A stretch of DNA of 64,000 bases from an uncultured virus (IMG/VR IMGVR_UViG_3300036715_000865) (taxonomy: Duplodnaviria > Heunggongvirae > Uroviricota > Caudoviricetes): IMG/VR virus record IMGVR_UViG_3300036715_000865; one strand, given 5' to 3'. The position numbers were made by a program, and so were the translations under genes. Positions 28,960 to 40,500 of the stretch are shown here, piece after piece. The first letter of the stretch is position 1, and each line of letters opens with the position of its first letter. Below the pieces are notes generated by a model that searched no databases, was not told the origin of the DNA, and worked only from the letters and a program-made list of their open reading frames with translations.

Positions 28960-30441
28960 ATGGTAACAATAACCAGAGTTGATTTTAGGAAATATTCTTT
29001 TGATTCCAACATACCAAGAGAGTTAGCAATTTGTAAGAAGGCATTAAGTTTATGGATAGATGGCTGCCAATATTCACAAGCGTATAAGGATAAAAAGTGG
29101 GATGGATATAAAAAGTTTTTTTCACCCAAACTTGAATTTGAAGTCGGATTGCTCGATGAGTTAACTTCAGACTTGGATTTGAAAAAAGTTGCTTATAAGA
29201 TTGATGAACAAGATTTCAGAAAAGAAATTGTTGATAATTTTGTTTTGAAGGATTCTTTGAGACCGCATCAGAATGAATCCGTGACAGCATTTTTTCTTAC
29301 AAATATGGGGATTATAAAGATTCCTACAAGAGGTGGAAAGACATTTGTATCAGGTGAAATTATAAGACAAATTCAAATAAATAACAGTAAGTCTGATTTT
29401 CTTTTCTATGTGGATACTACTGACCTATTCAATCAGACAGTAGAGGAACTTGCAAAATTTTTAAATGTTCAAGAAAAAACTATTGGAACAATAGATTCTT
29501 TCGGAGTAAATATAAAACAAGTCACAGTTGCTATGATTCAAACAGTGACTTCTATATATAGCAGAAAAAAGCCTGAAGCAAAAATACTTGATAGATATTT
29601 TAAACAGTTGAATTGTTTGATTGTTGATGAAATTCAAGAATTCATGTCTGAAAATAGAATGAAGTTGATGAAGAAATGTAAGAATGTCAATTTTTTACTA
29701 GGACTTTCAGCCACACCATTTAAACAAGGAAATCTAGTTGGGAATTTACAAATCAAAGAATTTTTTGGAGGAATTGTTTATGAAGTTCCTATCGAAAGAC
29801 TTCAAGAAGAGGGTTGGTTGTCTACAGATAAAGTTGTTTTGATTTCTCATCAGCACACAAAGAAGATTCGTGTTCCTGAAGAAGACAAAAATTCAAAATA
29901 TCAATTATATCTAAAGAAGTTGATACATGAGAATAAAGATAGGAATATGATATTGCTTCAGCTTATTCAACTGTGCAAGAAAAATAAGTGGAAGACTCTT
30001 GTGATATTCAATTCAAAACAACATGGTTATCTTATTAGCGATTTATCTGAATGCATGTTTATTTGTGGAGATGACAAAACCGACAAAAGACACGAAGAAA
30101 AAGAAAAATTTCTAAGAGGTCGTGGAAAAGTATTGTTAGCTAGTAATATTTATAAGAAAGGCATTACCTTGCCAGAAGTAGAAATTCTTGTAATAGCAGA
30201 TGGAGGATTAGAAGGGAGTTCCATAATGCAAAAGAAAGGTAGAGTTTTGGGTGCTGTAGAGAATAAGAGCAGAGCAGTAACCATAGATATAATGGATATT
30301 GAAGACAACTATTTTTCAGGTCACAGTTTAAATAGATTAGATGTATATTCTGAAAGTGTGGGTTCTGACCGAGTTGAGGTATATGACGAAACAGACTTAC
30401 TAGATGTAGAGCAATCAATTAAAGAATGGTTTGATGAATAA
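28960..30441 (+). CDS. superfamily 2 DNA helicase (UvsW-like)
   Basis: LRPHQ Q-motif, PTRGGKT Walker A, IVDE, GLSATP and QKKGRVL motifs. Confidence 0.9.
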   Translation: MVTITRVDFRKYSFDSNIPRELAICKKALSLWIDGCQYSQAYKDKKWDGYKKFFSPKLEFEVGLLDELTSDLDLKKVAYKIDEQDFRKEIVDNFVLKDSLRPHQNESVTAFFLTNMGIIKIPTRGGKTFVSGEIIRQIQINNSKSDFLFYVDTTDLFNQTVEELAKFLNVQEKTIGTIDSFGVNIKQVTVAMIQTVTSIYSRKKPEAKILDRYFKQLNCLIVDEIQEFMSENRMKLMKKCKNVNFLLGLSATPFKQGNLVGNLQIKEFFGGIVYEVPIERLQEEGWLSTDKVVLISHQHTKKIRVPEEDKNSKYQLYLKKLIHENKDRNMILLQLIQLCKKNKWKTLVIFNSKQHGYLISDLSECMFICGDDKTDKRHEEKEKFLRGRGKVLLASNIYKKGITLPEVEILVIADGGLEGSSIMQKKGRVLGAVENKSRAVTIDIMDIEDNYFSGHSLNRLDVYSESVGSDRVEVYDETDLLDVEQSIKEWFDE

Positions 30442-31045
30442 AGATTTGAGACTTGTAGTGGATTTATATAAATATCACATAATACAAATTACAAAGAATG
30501 CTTCATATAAATTCAAAATGACTCCAACTAGAAATCAAATGATTTTGAATTTTATAGAGTTATTTAAAAGTATGACTAATTCAGATTTCGTAGCAGAAGA
30601 CAATTTAAGAAAGTTTATGGAATATCAGTTTAATTATTGGTATAAGCATGACGCTAAATATGGGAAGGGAACTTCTATACAGATTGAGTGGATAATTGGT
30701 TCTAAGGCTATTGAACGTTGGAAATCAAGAACAGATAAGCAGAAGAAAAAGACGGATTTCATAATAAGAAAAAATTTAAAGAAAGATGTTAAGTTTAGTG
30801 AAGTAGACAAAACAGCGTCAGATGATTATAAAAGAATTTTACTGAAAGTTAGAGATTCAGAAGAGAATGAAAAGGCTAGGTTTTATAACACTTCTAAGGG
30901 GTTCAGCTATTGCTTAATTAGTACATCGTTATATAATCACAAGTCCAAGTATTGTAGTTTATGTAATAAATCTTCTGAATGTAAGAAATATTTAGAAGAG
31001 AATTTCAATAAGGTTTATAAAGTTAGAGGATATCATAAAAATTAG
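30431..31045 (+). CDS. hypothetical protein (C-terminal Cys cluster)
   Basis: 204 aa with C..CxxC..C at the end; in the replication operon. Confidence 0.65.
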   Translation: MMNKDLRLVVDLYKYHIIQITKNASYKFKMTPTRNQMILNFIELFKSMTNSDFVAEDNLRKFMEYQFNYWYKHDAKYGKGTSIQIEWIIGSKAIERWKSRTDKQKKKTDFIIRKNLKKDVKFSEVDKTASDDYKRILLKVRDSEENEKARFYNTSKGFSYCLISTSLYNHKSKYCSLCNKSSECKKYLEENFNKVYKVRGYHKN

Positions 31046-31048
31046 AAT

Positions 31049-31393
31049 ATGACACAAATGAGATTTGATTTTGATAAGGAGAAAAGTCCTGAGTTACCAT
31101 TTCCAGACGTAACACCTATAAATAATAAGGTTCTGAAGGAAATCACTATGCAACAAACTGCAAAGTATTGTGGAATTTCTTATAAGAAATTTTTATCTAT
31201 TTTGGTTTCAAAACAAATTTTGGGAATGTCTAGTGATGGGAGATATTTGCCATTTCAAAAGTATAAATCCTTGCAATGGTTTATACAGAGAGGCATAATG
31301 CTAGATAAGGCAGGTTTCAGAGGTCTGATTCAAAAAGTTACGGTAACACCGTTAGGTTATACGGAGATTAAGAAGATAATACATGGAGAATAA
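31049..31393 (+). CDS. antirepressor KilAC (ANT)-like DNA-binding protein
   Basis: ITMQQTAK..G...KF...L, YLPFQKY....WF and VTVTPLG...I match KilAC. Confidence 0.7.
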   Translation: MTQMRFDFDKEKSPELPFPDVTPINNKVLKEITMQQTAKYCGISYKKFLSILVSKQILGMSSDGRYLPFQKYKSLQWFIQRGIMLDKAGFRGLIQKVTVTPLGYTEIKKIIHGE

Positions 31394-32750
31394 TCTGACT
31401 GATGAATATGTAATTGAGCTATTCAACTGTGCATTTAAAAATAATAACTTCTTTGAGGTTCTAACAGAGCATCTTAAATATTCGTATCTCACTCATGAGC
31501 ACGAAAAGAAATTATGGAAGAAAGCACTGCAACTTTATACGCTGAATGGTAAGATTCCTTCAATAGGAGTTTTACAAATTGAGTTCCGAAAAGACGAGAA
31601 AGTAAAAGATTTAATATATGAGGTTAAGTCTTTAGATGAAGTCGACCAAAATGCTACAATTGAAGCCTTTCAAGATTTTATTAAAGAAAGCAAGTTTGTA
31701 GAATTGTTTCAATCTTCTGGAGAATTATATAATCGTGGCGAACAATCAAAAGCATATTCTGCTTTTATTAAAGGAGCAGAAGATTTGGCCAAGTTCAGTA
31801 TAAAGGAACGTTTGTTTGACAAAGTTTTTGAAGATTTTGAAAGTCGTCAAATAGAAAGAATGTTGGATGATTCTCCAAGAAGAAAAGTCCCATTCTGTAT
31901 AGAACAATTAGATGATGCTTCTAGGGGTGGCCCAGAAACAGGTGAATCAGTTCTGTTGATGGCAGAGTCTGGTATGGGTAAATCTCAATTCCTTGTTCAT
32001 TATGCTGTTCAAACATCAAGAAGAGGTTCTAAGGTTGCCTTATTCCAAATAGAGGGTACAAAAGCTCAAGTCATGAATAGGCTAGATGCCTCTTGGACAG
32101 GTGCTCTTTATCATGATATTAAGAAAGGTGAAATTGAAGATGAAAGATATAAAAAGATTAAGAGTGTATTGAAAAAAATGCGTGGTGAGATTTTTGTGGA
32201 AGCATATGAAAAATTCGGTGGAGCAACAATCAATGATATACGAAGGTCTGTAAAAGACCTAAAGAAGATTCATGGTGATGAGTTAGATTTGGTTTGTATT
32301 GACTATTTAGAATTAATTGAGCTTGGTGATGGAGTTATTTATGGCCCAACAAATGAACGACACCGACAACAGAAGATAGGAAGATATTTAAAGGAAATAG
32401 CTATGGAGTTCGATGTAGTTGTTGCTACCGTTACTCAAGCCTCAAATCTACCTTCAGAACTAAAAAAGGATATAAATTTTGTAATGACCAGAGAGTTCTT
32501 ATCAGAAGACAAAGGTAAAATTAGACCATTTGATTTCTTCTTTACTTTGAATCAATCTTATGACGAAATGAAATTTTTAGATAGGAAAGGTGATAGCTGT
32601 CCTAGAGTTAGAATATTTATAGACAAGATGAGAGAATACGCTTCAGGTCAAACAATAAAATTGATTACAAATTATTCAAGGTCGAGATTCTATGATAGAA
32701 AGAAAACTATTGAATACATAATTGATTTTGAAGACGAAGATGGAGAATAA
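31383..32750 (+). CDS. dnaB: replicative DnaB-like helicase
   Basis: AESGMGKS Walker A, FQIE, LVCIDYLEL Walker B, TVTQ and DKMR motifs. Confidence 0.9.
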   Translation: MENNLTDEYVIELFNCAFKNNNFFEVLTEHLKYSYLTHEHEKKLWKKALQLYTLNGKIPSIGVLQIEFRKDEKVKDLIYEVKSLDEVDQNATIEAFQDFIKESKFVELFQSSGELYNRGEQSKAYSAFIKGAEDLAKFSIKERLFDKVFEDFESRQIERMLDDSPRRKVPFCIEQLDDASRGGPETGESVLLMAESGMGKSQFLVHYAVQTSRRGSKVALFQIEGTKAQVMNRLDASWTGALYHDIKKGEIEDERYKKIKSVLKKMRGEIFVEAYEKFGGATINDIRRSVKDLKKIHGDELDLVCIDYLELIELGDGVIYGPTNERHRQQKIGRYLKEIAMEFDVVVATVTQASNLPSELKKDINFVMTREFLSEDKGKIRPFDFFFTLNQSYDEMKFLDRKGDSCPRVRIFIDKMREYASGQTIKLITNYSRSRFYDRKKTIEYIIDFEDEDGE

Positions 32751-33720
32751 CTCTAAGATATCAGACGAAGATTTAAAATCCGTATTAGGGAAAGTCAAAC
32801 TTGGTTCTCAAAACCATTATATATCAGATTGTCCGATTTGCGGAAAAACAGGACACTTCTATATAAAAAGAAACACCCAATTGTGGGATTGTAAGAAATG
32901 TGGAGAAAGTGGCAATATAATTTCTCTATTAATTGCTGTAAATAAATTATTTCTTTTAGGTGAATACAAATCAATCGACAGAGAAAAAATAACTCTTCTG
33001 AATGAATATTTAAAACAATTCGATGAAGATTTGGATACAGCAGTATCTGAACGAAAAAAGCCTGTTGGGTTCAAAAGAGTTTCTAAAGACTCATATCTTG
33101 AAAAAAGGAAGTTAACACAATCGAATTTCCAAAAGTTTGATATTGGATACTCTAATTTGACACCATCCTTAAAAGATTATGTGATATTCCTAATAAAAGA
33201 AGATAATCTGACTAGAGGTTACGTTGCTAGATTAAATTGGAGCAAGGAAAAAATAAAAAGATACGAGAATGAAACAGGAATAAAAAAACCTAGATACAGA
33301 AATGATAAGGGTGCAAAATTTTCAAACCTACTTTTTGGTTATGATGAAATCAATGAAAACACTAGTACAGTCATATTAGTAGAAGGCTTGATTGATAAGA
33401 TTACATTAGATAATATACTTTGTCTTGATGAGCAAGACGAAATTAAATGCTGCGCTACATTCGGCAAAAAGATTAGTCAATTTCAGATATTAAAATTGTT
33501 GAGTAAGAATTTAAAGAAGGTCATTTTGATTTTCGATGATGACGCAATACCTGAAATGAAAAAGTACGGTAGTTTATTGTCAAATTTCTTTCTAGTGGAA
33601 ATGACATATACAATAGGCAAGGATATAAATGATTCTGATGAAGATGATGTTATTGATATGTTCAATAGGTTAATGTCCGTGGAAAAATTTAACAGAAGTG
33701 CTGTAAAGATTAAGTTATGA
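32740..33720 (+). CDS. dnaG: DNA primase
   Basis: CPIC...H...CKKC zinc finger, YL.KR, TOPRIM LVEGLID and FDDD. Start moved to ATG 32740. Confidence 0.9.
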   Translation: MENNSKISDEDLKSVLGKVKLGSQNHYISDCPICGKTGHFYIKRNTQLWDCKKCGESGNIISLLIAVNKLFLLGEYKSIDREKITLLNEYLKQFDEDLDTAVSERKKPVGFKRVSKDSYLEKRKLTQSNFQKFDIGYSNLTPSLKDYVIFLIKEDNLTRGYVARLNWSKEKIKRYENETGIKKPRYRNDKGAKFSNLLFGYDEINENTSTVILVEGLIDKITLDNILCLDEQDEIKCCATFGKKISQFQILKLLSKNLKKVILIFDDDAIPEMKKYGSLLSNFFLVEMTYTIGKDINDSDEDDVIDMFNRLMSVEKFNRSAVKIKL

Positions 33721-34142
33721 AGCCAAAAGATAGACATATTTCTATTCTTGAATATTTCAATAGATTACAATTGGAGTTCCTATTGTATGAATTGCGTTCA
33801 AAGATTTACCCTGCTGCAGAAGATAAGGTAAAATTCAAAAGAGTCTTACAATTCAAAAAAGACAAGATTGACGATATATCTAAAAAGAACACGTTGGTTT
33901 CTATTTTCGATGATGAAATCATGAAAAGAGAAATGGTAGATGCATTATTTGGAAACGAAAATATGCCGTCTGATTTCAATAAGCGTGATAAATATTTCTA
34001 TTATTTTGTCGGTTCAGATTTCTCTTATAACAGACAAGGTTGTAAGCTAATCAGTTATGATTTTAATGATAGTACAGCTATTATAGAAAAGAATTCAGAA
34101 AAATTTACTGTAGATTTAATACAGATAAGAAGAATTTTTTAA
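33717..34142 (+). CDS. hypothetical protein
   Basis: 141-aa ORF overlapping the primase stop. Confidence 0.65.
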   Translation: MKPKDRHISILEYFNRLQLEFLLYELRSKIYPAAEDKVKFKRVLQFKKDKIDDISKKNTLVSIFDDEIMKREMVDALFGNENMPSDFNKRDKYFYYFVGSDFSYNRQGCKLISYDFNDSTAIIEKNSEKFTVDLIQIRRIF

Positions 34143-34160
34143 AAATATTTTGGAAAAAAT

Positions 34161-34204
34161 TTTGCCGATTAAAATTAATTATAGAACTTCGTTTAAGAAT
34201 TAAT
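34161..34204 (+). promoter_or_regulatory. Bacteroidota-type early promoter
   Basis: TTTG-N19-GAACTTCG; the 25 bp at 34180-34204 are identical to 59030-59054. Confidence 0.65.
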
Positions 34205-34236
34205 TAGTAATTGTGAAATTTTTAAAACTGTAAATT

Positions 34237-34497
34237 ATGTCAAAAGTTGGAACGACTGAGTTCGTCAGAACTAGAAGGTCAGAAAGAAACACCCAAACCA
34301 TTATCGATGGTAATGCGATTCAAATTAAGGAGGGTGATGAAATAAAGGTTAACTTCTATAGATGGGGTGATGAATCTACAAGTCCTGTATCAGGCGATAT
34401 TTATGTTAATAATGATTTAGTGGGTTGGATGTTGATTGATGATTTGAGAGAATTATTGACTGAGTTATTTGATAATGCTAAAACATTTGAAGTATGA
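34237..34497 (+). CDS. hypothetical protein
   Basis: 86-aa ORF, first gene after the promoter. Confidence 0.65.
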   Translation: MSKVGTTEFVRTRRSERNTQTIIDGNAIQIKEGDEIKVNFYRWGDESTSPVSGDIYVNNDLVGWMLIDDLRELLTELFDNAKTFEV

Positions 34498-35078
34498 ATA
34501 AGATGACTTTAACAGACAGATATTTTTTCAAGTACGAACATCTAGCTAAATACTATGCTGATAAAATTTGGAAAAGTGGCAATATAGGGATGGACAAAGA
34601 AGACCTTGCACAAGAGTTTAGGGTAAAATTAATTACTTCTATTAAAGCGTATGCAATCAAGTGTAACGATTTTAGAAAAGGGAAAGGATACAAACCAGTT
34701 CCGATAGAATTTTATTTGAAAAGCACTCTTCTACAAAAATCTAAGGATTTTATGAGACATATAAATAGAGTTGAATTTATTCCTATGTCGTCAATAAATT
34801 TCGATTACGGAATGGACCAAAAAGAATCTTTAGATGCGAGCAAAGGAGAATTTGTAATTGACGGGTTCGATATTCTTGACTTATTTAAAGGTGAGGAAAA
34901 GAAGATGATGAAATTTCATCTTAAAGGAATAGATAAAGAAAAGATTGAAAAGATTTTCAAGAATAGTAAACTAGACCCAATATCAACTAATAAAATAAAT
35001 TTGAAAGTCCTAAAGGATTATTTGGCGAGAAACAATACAGAAGTTAGAGAGTTTGTGACAAGTCATTACGATGATTGA
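34494..35078 (+). CDS. sigma-70-like phage sigma factor
   Basis: Region-2-like KYEHLAKYYA...DKEDLAQE...L..SIKAY and a degenerate region-4-like C-terminus. Confidence 0.55.
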   Translation: MNKMTLTDRYFFKYEHLAKYYADKIWKSGNIGMDKEDLAQEFRVKLITSIKAYAIKCNDFRKGKGYKPVPIEFYLKSTLLQKSKDFMRHINRVEFIPMSSINFDYGMDQKESLDASKGEFVIDGFDILDLFKGEEKKMMKFHLKGIDKEKIEKIFKNSKLDPISTNKINLKVLKDYLARNNTEVREFVTSHYDD

Positions 35079-35107
35079 AAATATTTCAAAAATAATTGTA
35101 AAAAAGT

Positions 35108-35138
35108 TTTGTAGAATAAAAAATAGTTTCTAATTTAG
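35108..35138 (+). promoter_or_regulatory. Bacteroidota-type early promoter
   Basis: TTTG-N19-TAATTTAG, one mismatch to TAnnTTTG, with upstream phased A-tracts. Confidence 0.65.
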
Positions 35139-35216
35139 CTGTAAGATTGTTCTTAACAAAGTTAAATAGAACAAAACAAAGAATAAGTTTAATTTTAATT
35201 GTAAATTGTAAATGCT

Positions 35217-36257
35217 ATGGCAAAAAAAGATGTAAAGTTAGATAAAGACCAATTGAAAGGACTTTCTAACGTAGGTATCACAGGAGTAAAGACTGTTGAA
35301 GAAGCAAGAGAAAAAATGATTGAATTCTTGAATGAGAATGATATCGAAGATGTTGAGGACGACTCTTACGAAGATTTGTACGAAATGGTTGATGCTATGT
35401 ACGAAGATAGCGACCAAGCTAAAGAGGATTTAGCTGACGAAGTTGAAGAGGATGAAGAGGATGAAGACGAAAAGCCTGCTCCAAAGAAAAAATCTTCAAA
35501 GAAAGTTGTCGAGGAAGATGAGGATGAGGATGAAGATGAAGACGAGGACGAGGACGAGGACGAGGATGAAGACGAGGATGAAGATGAAGACGAAGAAGAG
35601 GCACCTGCCCCAAAGAAAAAGTCTGCTAAGAAGTCTGTCGAAGTAGAGAAAAAGAATGACAAGATTCAGAAGACAGTGGATAAGAAAGCTAAAAAGGAAA
35701 CTGTAGATAAAGTTAAGAAAACAGCTGAATCGAAAGTTTCTAAACGTTTGAATCCTTTGGTGTCAGAAGATGATGCGAAGAAATTCAATGCTTTAAAGAA
35801 AGCATTAGGAAAAGACTTTGAATACAACTTTATTGCAAATGGAGGTGTTTCTGTAAAATTCTTAGGAAAAAATAACAAGAAAGTATTCATGTCATTTGAT
35901 TCACCTAAAGTTACTAAAGATGGTGAAATTATCGGACGAGTTTATATGTCTTCTGTTCGTGATGAAAATGTTCTTCGTGAATTATTTGGAGAAGATTTTG
36001 AAATCAAGAAGTCTTGGTCAGGTAATATGCTTGTGATGGGTATCTCACTAGACGAATTGGTTGAGTGTATCGAAGAAAATAAAGATGCATTTGATACTGT
36101 TGTTTCAAATCTTTCTAAGAAAGATGAGAAGTTAGGTAAAAATCGTGAGAAGATGGAAAATGATTTGAAATCTTCAAACAAGAAAAAAGTAGAGAATATT
36201 AAATCTAAGAAAGAAGAGGCACCTGTTGCTCCTATCAAGAAAAAATCTAAGAAATAA
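35217..36257 (+). CDS. hypothetical protein with long acidic/basic disordered linker
   Basis: 346 aa; folded-looking ends joined by (DE)n and PKKK blocks. Has its own promoter and terminator. Confidence 0.8.
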   Translation: MAKKDVKLDKDQLKGLSNVGITGVKTVEEAREKMIEFLNENDIEDVEDDSYEDLYEMVDAMYEDSDQAKEDLADEVEEDEEDEDEKPAPKKKSSKKVVEEDEDEDEDEDEDEDEDEDEDEDEDEDEEEAPAPKKKSAKKSVEVEKKNDKIQKTVDKKAKKETVDKVKKTAESKVSKRLNPLVSEDDAKKFNALKKALGKDFEYNFIANGGVSVKFLGKNNKKVFMSFDSPKVTKDGEIIGRVYMSSVRDENVLRELFGEDFEIKKSWSGNMLVMGISLDELVECIEENKDAFDTVVSNLSKKDEKLGKNREKMENDLKSSNKKKVENIKSKKEEAPVAPIKKKSKK

Positions 36258-36278
36258 TTAAATCTAATTGATATGTAA

Positions 36279-36308
36279 TAAAAAGGCACTCGAAAGGGTG
36301 CCTTTTTT
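36279..36308 (+). terminator. rho-independent terminator
   Basis: AGGCACTC-GAAA-GGGTGCCT stem with T-run. Confidence 0.9.
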
Positions 36309-36340
36309 AGCATAGTTACTAAAAATAAAAAATCTTTATT

Positions 36341-37531
36341 ATGACTTTGAAGAATATTATTAATGACTCTGTAGTAACATCTTGCTTCTCTGAAACATAT
36401 CCGTTCATAAACAAGTATGTTATAGAGAACGGAGATTCTGTAGAAAGTAGAAATGGCGACACAAGAGAAATCATCGATTTCAAAACTACGCTTACTAATC
36501 CATACAAAAGATGTGTCGGGAACAATTCCAGAGATATAAACATATTTTTCTTATTAGCAGAAGCTATCTGGATTTTCAGAGGAGAAAAGGATGTGGAATT
36601 TTTAGATATATTTAATTCTAATATGAAGAATTATTCTGACGATGGTAAGACATTCCATGCTCCATATGGTTTTAGACTCAGACATCATGGTGTTTCTTCT
36701 TTTGATAGGACTTTACCTACTTCACCAGAAAATAATGGCCATGCCGTAGAGCAATCTAATAATGGAGTCGACCAGATTCTTCAAACGTTAAAAGATTTAC
36801 ACAAAGATTCTGAAACACGAAGAGCAGTAATGCAAATTTGGAATGCAGACTTGGATTTAGGAACTTCTTCAAAAGATTTACCTTGTAATGATATGGTATT
36901 CATAAAAATCCGAAATGGAAAATTGAGAACTACTATTTCTAATAGAAGTAATGATTTACATTGGGGACTTCCAACCAACGTTTTTCAGTTTAGTTTCTTA
37001 ACTGAGATTATGTCTAACATATTAGGATTAGAGTTAGGAACACAAACTCATAATTCTCAAAGTCTACATATTTATAACGACAATGAGATTGCTTGGAAGA
37101 TGTACGATGAGATTCAATTAACTAATGGTAATTTTGAGGATTTGTACAGCGTATTCGTACCTGGTAAAATGGATATGTGTTTCGATGCAGAATCAATTGA
37201 AGGCAGACTTTCAGAAGTAGATTATTTTCTAAGCATGATTATTGATTCAATAAAGAACAATAAGAGAATAACCGAAACAGAAGAACAAACTTTATGTAAA
37301 TTTTCTAAATATTTACACCTTGTTTACGACTTATTGATGTTATATGTTGATTATAAAGGAACTGAGCGAAAAGACACTGACAAATGGAAGACGATAGACA
37401 AATTGACTATTTTATCCAACTTTTATCCATCGTTAGATATAATAGCATTATCTGTTAATTTCTTTGCGACTAAAGTAAAAGACAAAGAAATAGTTTCTGT
37501 TAACCTTACTTCTCCAATAGGAAAAATGTAA
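36341..37531 (+). CDS. thymidylate synthase-superfamily enzyme, probably dUMP hydroxymethylase
   Basis: AEAIW..G, YSDDG, YG.R, DQ, TRRAV, DLPCN (catalytic Cys), RSNDLHWG...N and SLHIY. The RSND..WG..N pattern is that of SPO1-type dUMP hydroxymethylases. Confidence 0.8.
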   Translation: MTLKNIINDSVVTSCFSETYPFINKYVIENGDSVESRNGDTREIIDFKTTLTNPYKRCVGNNSRDINIFFLLAEAIWIFRGEKDVEFLDIFNSNMKNYSDDGKTFHAPYGFRLRHHGVSSFDRTLPTSPENNGHAVEQSNNGVDQILQTLKDLHKDSETRRAVMQIWNADLDLGTSSKDLPCNDMVFIKIRNGKLRTTISNRSNDLHWGLPTNVFQFSFLTEIMSNILGLELGTQTHNSQSLHIYNDNEIAWKMYDEIQLTNGNFEDLYSVFVPGKMDMCFDAESIEGRLSEVDYFLSMIIDSIKNNKRITETEEQTLCKFSKYLHLVYDLLMLYVDYKGTERKDTDKWKTIDKLTILSNFYPSLDIIALSVNFFATKVKDKEIVSVNLTSPIGKM

Positions 37532-40500
37532 TGAAGGAATTGAAGGATTGGATTGAACAAAAGTCTATTAAGTGCACGATTGAAAAAAACGTGTTAGATG
37601 TACAAGATTTTGGTAAATTAGTCTTCATAGAAGAAAAAGAAGGAAAAGTGATATCAAGTGACTTTTCCTTCATCCTAACTGAAGATGAATTTTACAGAAT
37701 ATCTGAGGATGATATAAAATATATCCTATTTAAATGGGGTGATAAGTTTTACTATTCTGAAAAGAAGATTAGGAAAGACGAATATAATGAAGACATCTTT
37801 GTTCCTGAATTTAAAGATTTTATAAACATCGGAGTGTATGTTTCAGAATTGGATATAGACTTTGTTCATTTAGGAGTTCATACTGGTTATGAGTTATTAA
37901 ACGGCTCAGCAGAACCAGAATATTGGATTTCTAAGGCATCTTTCTTAAATCAGAAATGCATTGGTTTGTCTGATAAGAATACATTAGCTGCCACACTACC
38001 ATTCCAATTAGCTTGTAAGAAGAAAGGCATCAAATCAGTTCTAGGACAAACAGTATCGGTTGCATATGATTTCGATTCTTCAGACGAACATCATTCGTTG
38101 TTTGATTTGAAGTTATTTGTAAAAAATGAACAAGGTTGGAGGAATCTTCTAAGAATAGGGAAAGCAATAAATGTAGAATATGACAAGTTCATTCCAGAAG
38201 ACGAGTTGTTTGAGTTTGTTGACGGAATAATTTGTGTGATTCCTTTAGATAGTTATTTTAATCATAACATAACATCTGAGTCAGCCAATAAGATTTTAAA
38301 AAAATACAAAAAGTATTTCAAGAAAGATTTGTATTATCAAATTGATTCTGTAGAGTTCGAGGATGATTCTGTAGATATGCAACATTTGAGTAATATGAGA
38401 TTCTACATAGACAACTTCAGTGACGTTTTGAAGCCTGTTATGATAAATGATTCTTATTATATAGAGAAAACAGATTACAAAATAAAATCAATTTTGAACC
38501 AAGTCGATAGAAAAACAAGGCTATCTTCTAAAGACCAATATTATAAAACTGTAGACCAGGCATTAGATAAAATTTTGCCTCTTTTTTCAAAAAATCCTGA
38601 AAAATTCGATGTTATATTAGAGTCAGTTTCAAATACCGTAGTCATAGCTGAATCATGTGACTATTCTATTGATACTGGAAATCACAAGTTGCCTAAATTT
38701 GAACATCCTGATTCGGAATCATTATATCACGAATTATTAGACAAAGGATTTCAAAAGAAAGTAATAGATAAATTCCATGATGACGAAGATAAAATAATCA
38801 GTTACTACAAAAGACTTGAAGAAGAAAATAGTGTAATTGTAGGAGCAGGATTTGTTGATTATTTTCTAATGCTTTGGGATGTTGTGGAATGGTGTAAAAC
38901 ACAAAACATACTTGTTGGACCTGGTAGGGGTTCTGCTGGAGGTTCTTTGGTTGCTTATTTATTAGGCATTATAGAAATTGACCCTATTCAATATAACTTG
39001 TTATTTGAGCGTTTTTTGAATAAGACACGTGTATCTGGAGAGAGAGCAAAGTCTGCTGATAGTCTGCCTGATATAGACATAGATTTTGAAGGAATAAGAA
39101 GACAAGATGTTAAAAAATATATCGAAGAGAAGTACACACAGAATAACGTTTGTTCGATAGGTACTTATGCCAGAATGAAGAACAAATCTGCTTTGAAAGA
39201 TTTCTCCAGAGTGTCGGGCATTTCATTCCAAGATGCTAATTTTGCAACAAAGGAGATACCTGATGTAATTGGTAAAAGTTTTTGGGGTGATATATTCAAA
39301 AATGCTTGTGAAAAACCTGTACTGAAGAAATTCGTTCAGAATAATACAGAAGTTTGCGACTTAGTTAGAATATCTATCAACCAACCTAAAACATCTTCAA
39401 TACACGCATCTGCTGTTCTTATAGTTCCGAAAGAAGATAAGAATGGAAATCCCATGACTATATATGATTGGATGCCTGTAAAAAAGATTGACGGACAATT
39501 AGTATCTGAATGGGAAGGGAAATTTATTGATGCTGCAGGATTTTTGAAGGCTGATATTTTAGGTATTTCTCAGTTAGACAAATTTAGAAATATACTTGAT
39601 TTAATAAAGAAAAATAGAGGAAAAAAGGTCAATCTAAATAAGATAAAAATAGATTTGCCTAGTGTGATGGAATTTTTTAAATATGGGTGGAGCGAAGATG
39701 TATTTCAATTTGGGACATCAGGTTTGAAGACTTATTCTAAAAATGTTAGACCAGATGGTATCGAAGATTTGATTTCTATGAACGCCTTGTTCAGACCTGG
39801 ACCAATGGATTCAAATGCTCATAAAGATTTTGCCGATATAAAACACGGAAAGAAGAAAGCTATATTTGACCCATTCATGGAGATAGTAACTGAAAATACG
39901 CACGGACTTTATGTGTATCAAGAACAGATAATGCAAGCCATGGTTGTCGGAGGATTGTCTCTTGTGGAAGCTGACGAATGCAGAACTTATATAAAGAAAT
40001 TCGATAAAGAAAATCTTGGAAAGTTTAGAGCGAGATTTGTAGAGAATTATTCTAAAATGATTGACGGAGATTGTGATGGCGCAGAAGCCGTTTGGGACAA
40101 GCTAATGGCATTCTCTAGTTATGGTTTCAATAGGTCGCACTCAGCGGCATATGCTTTAATGGGATATTGGTGTCAATATTTGAAAGTAAAATATCCTTTA
40201 GAGTTTTGGACTGCCTCATTAAATTTTGCGTCTTATGATGAAGAAGTTCCGAATAGGATTTCAGAGATACGTAAAATAGGTTCTGAGATAAAAATAAAGC
40301 CACCATGTGTCAATAAGTCTGACTTATTTTTCGTTGGTTTCCCTGACGATAATAGCATATATTGGTCTTTAACTAAGATTAAGAATGTGGGATTAGTTGC
40401 AGCCAATGTAATGCTGAATGAACGCAATGAGAATGGAGACTTCAGCGACTTAGAAGATTTTATGAATAGAGTTCCAAAAGCCAAGGTGAACAAAAGAGTT

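Noticed and set aside
35500..35600. Tandem GACGAG/GATGAA repeats as a CRISPR array or satellite
   Set aside because: They are in-frame Asp/Glu codon runs with no repeat-spacer structure and no cas genes.
35366..35662. Minus-strand poly-Ser ORFs (also 2251-2730, 4782-5150, 43674-44174)
   Set aside because: They are antisense shadows of GAY/GAR acidic tracts in + strand genes.
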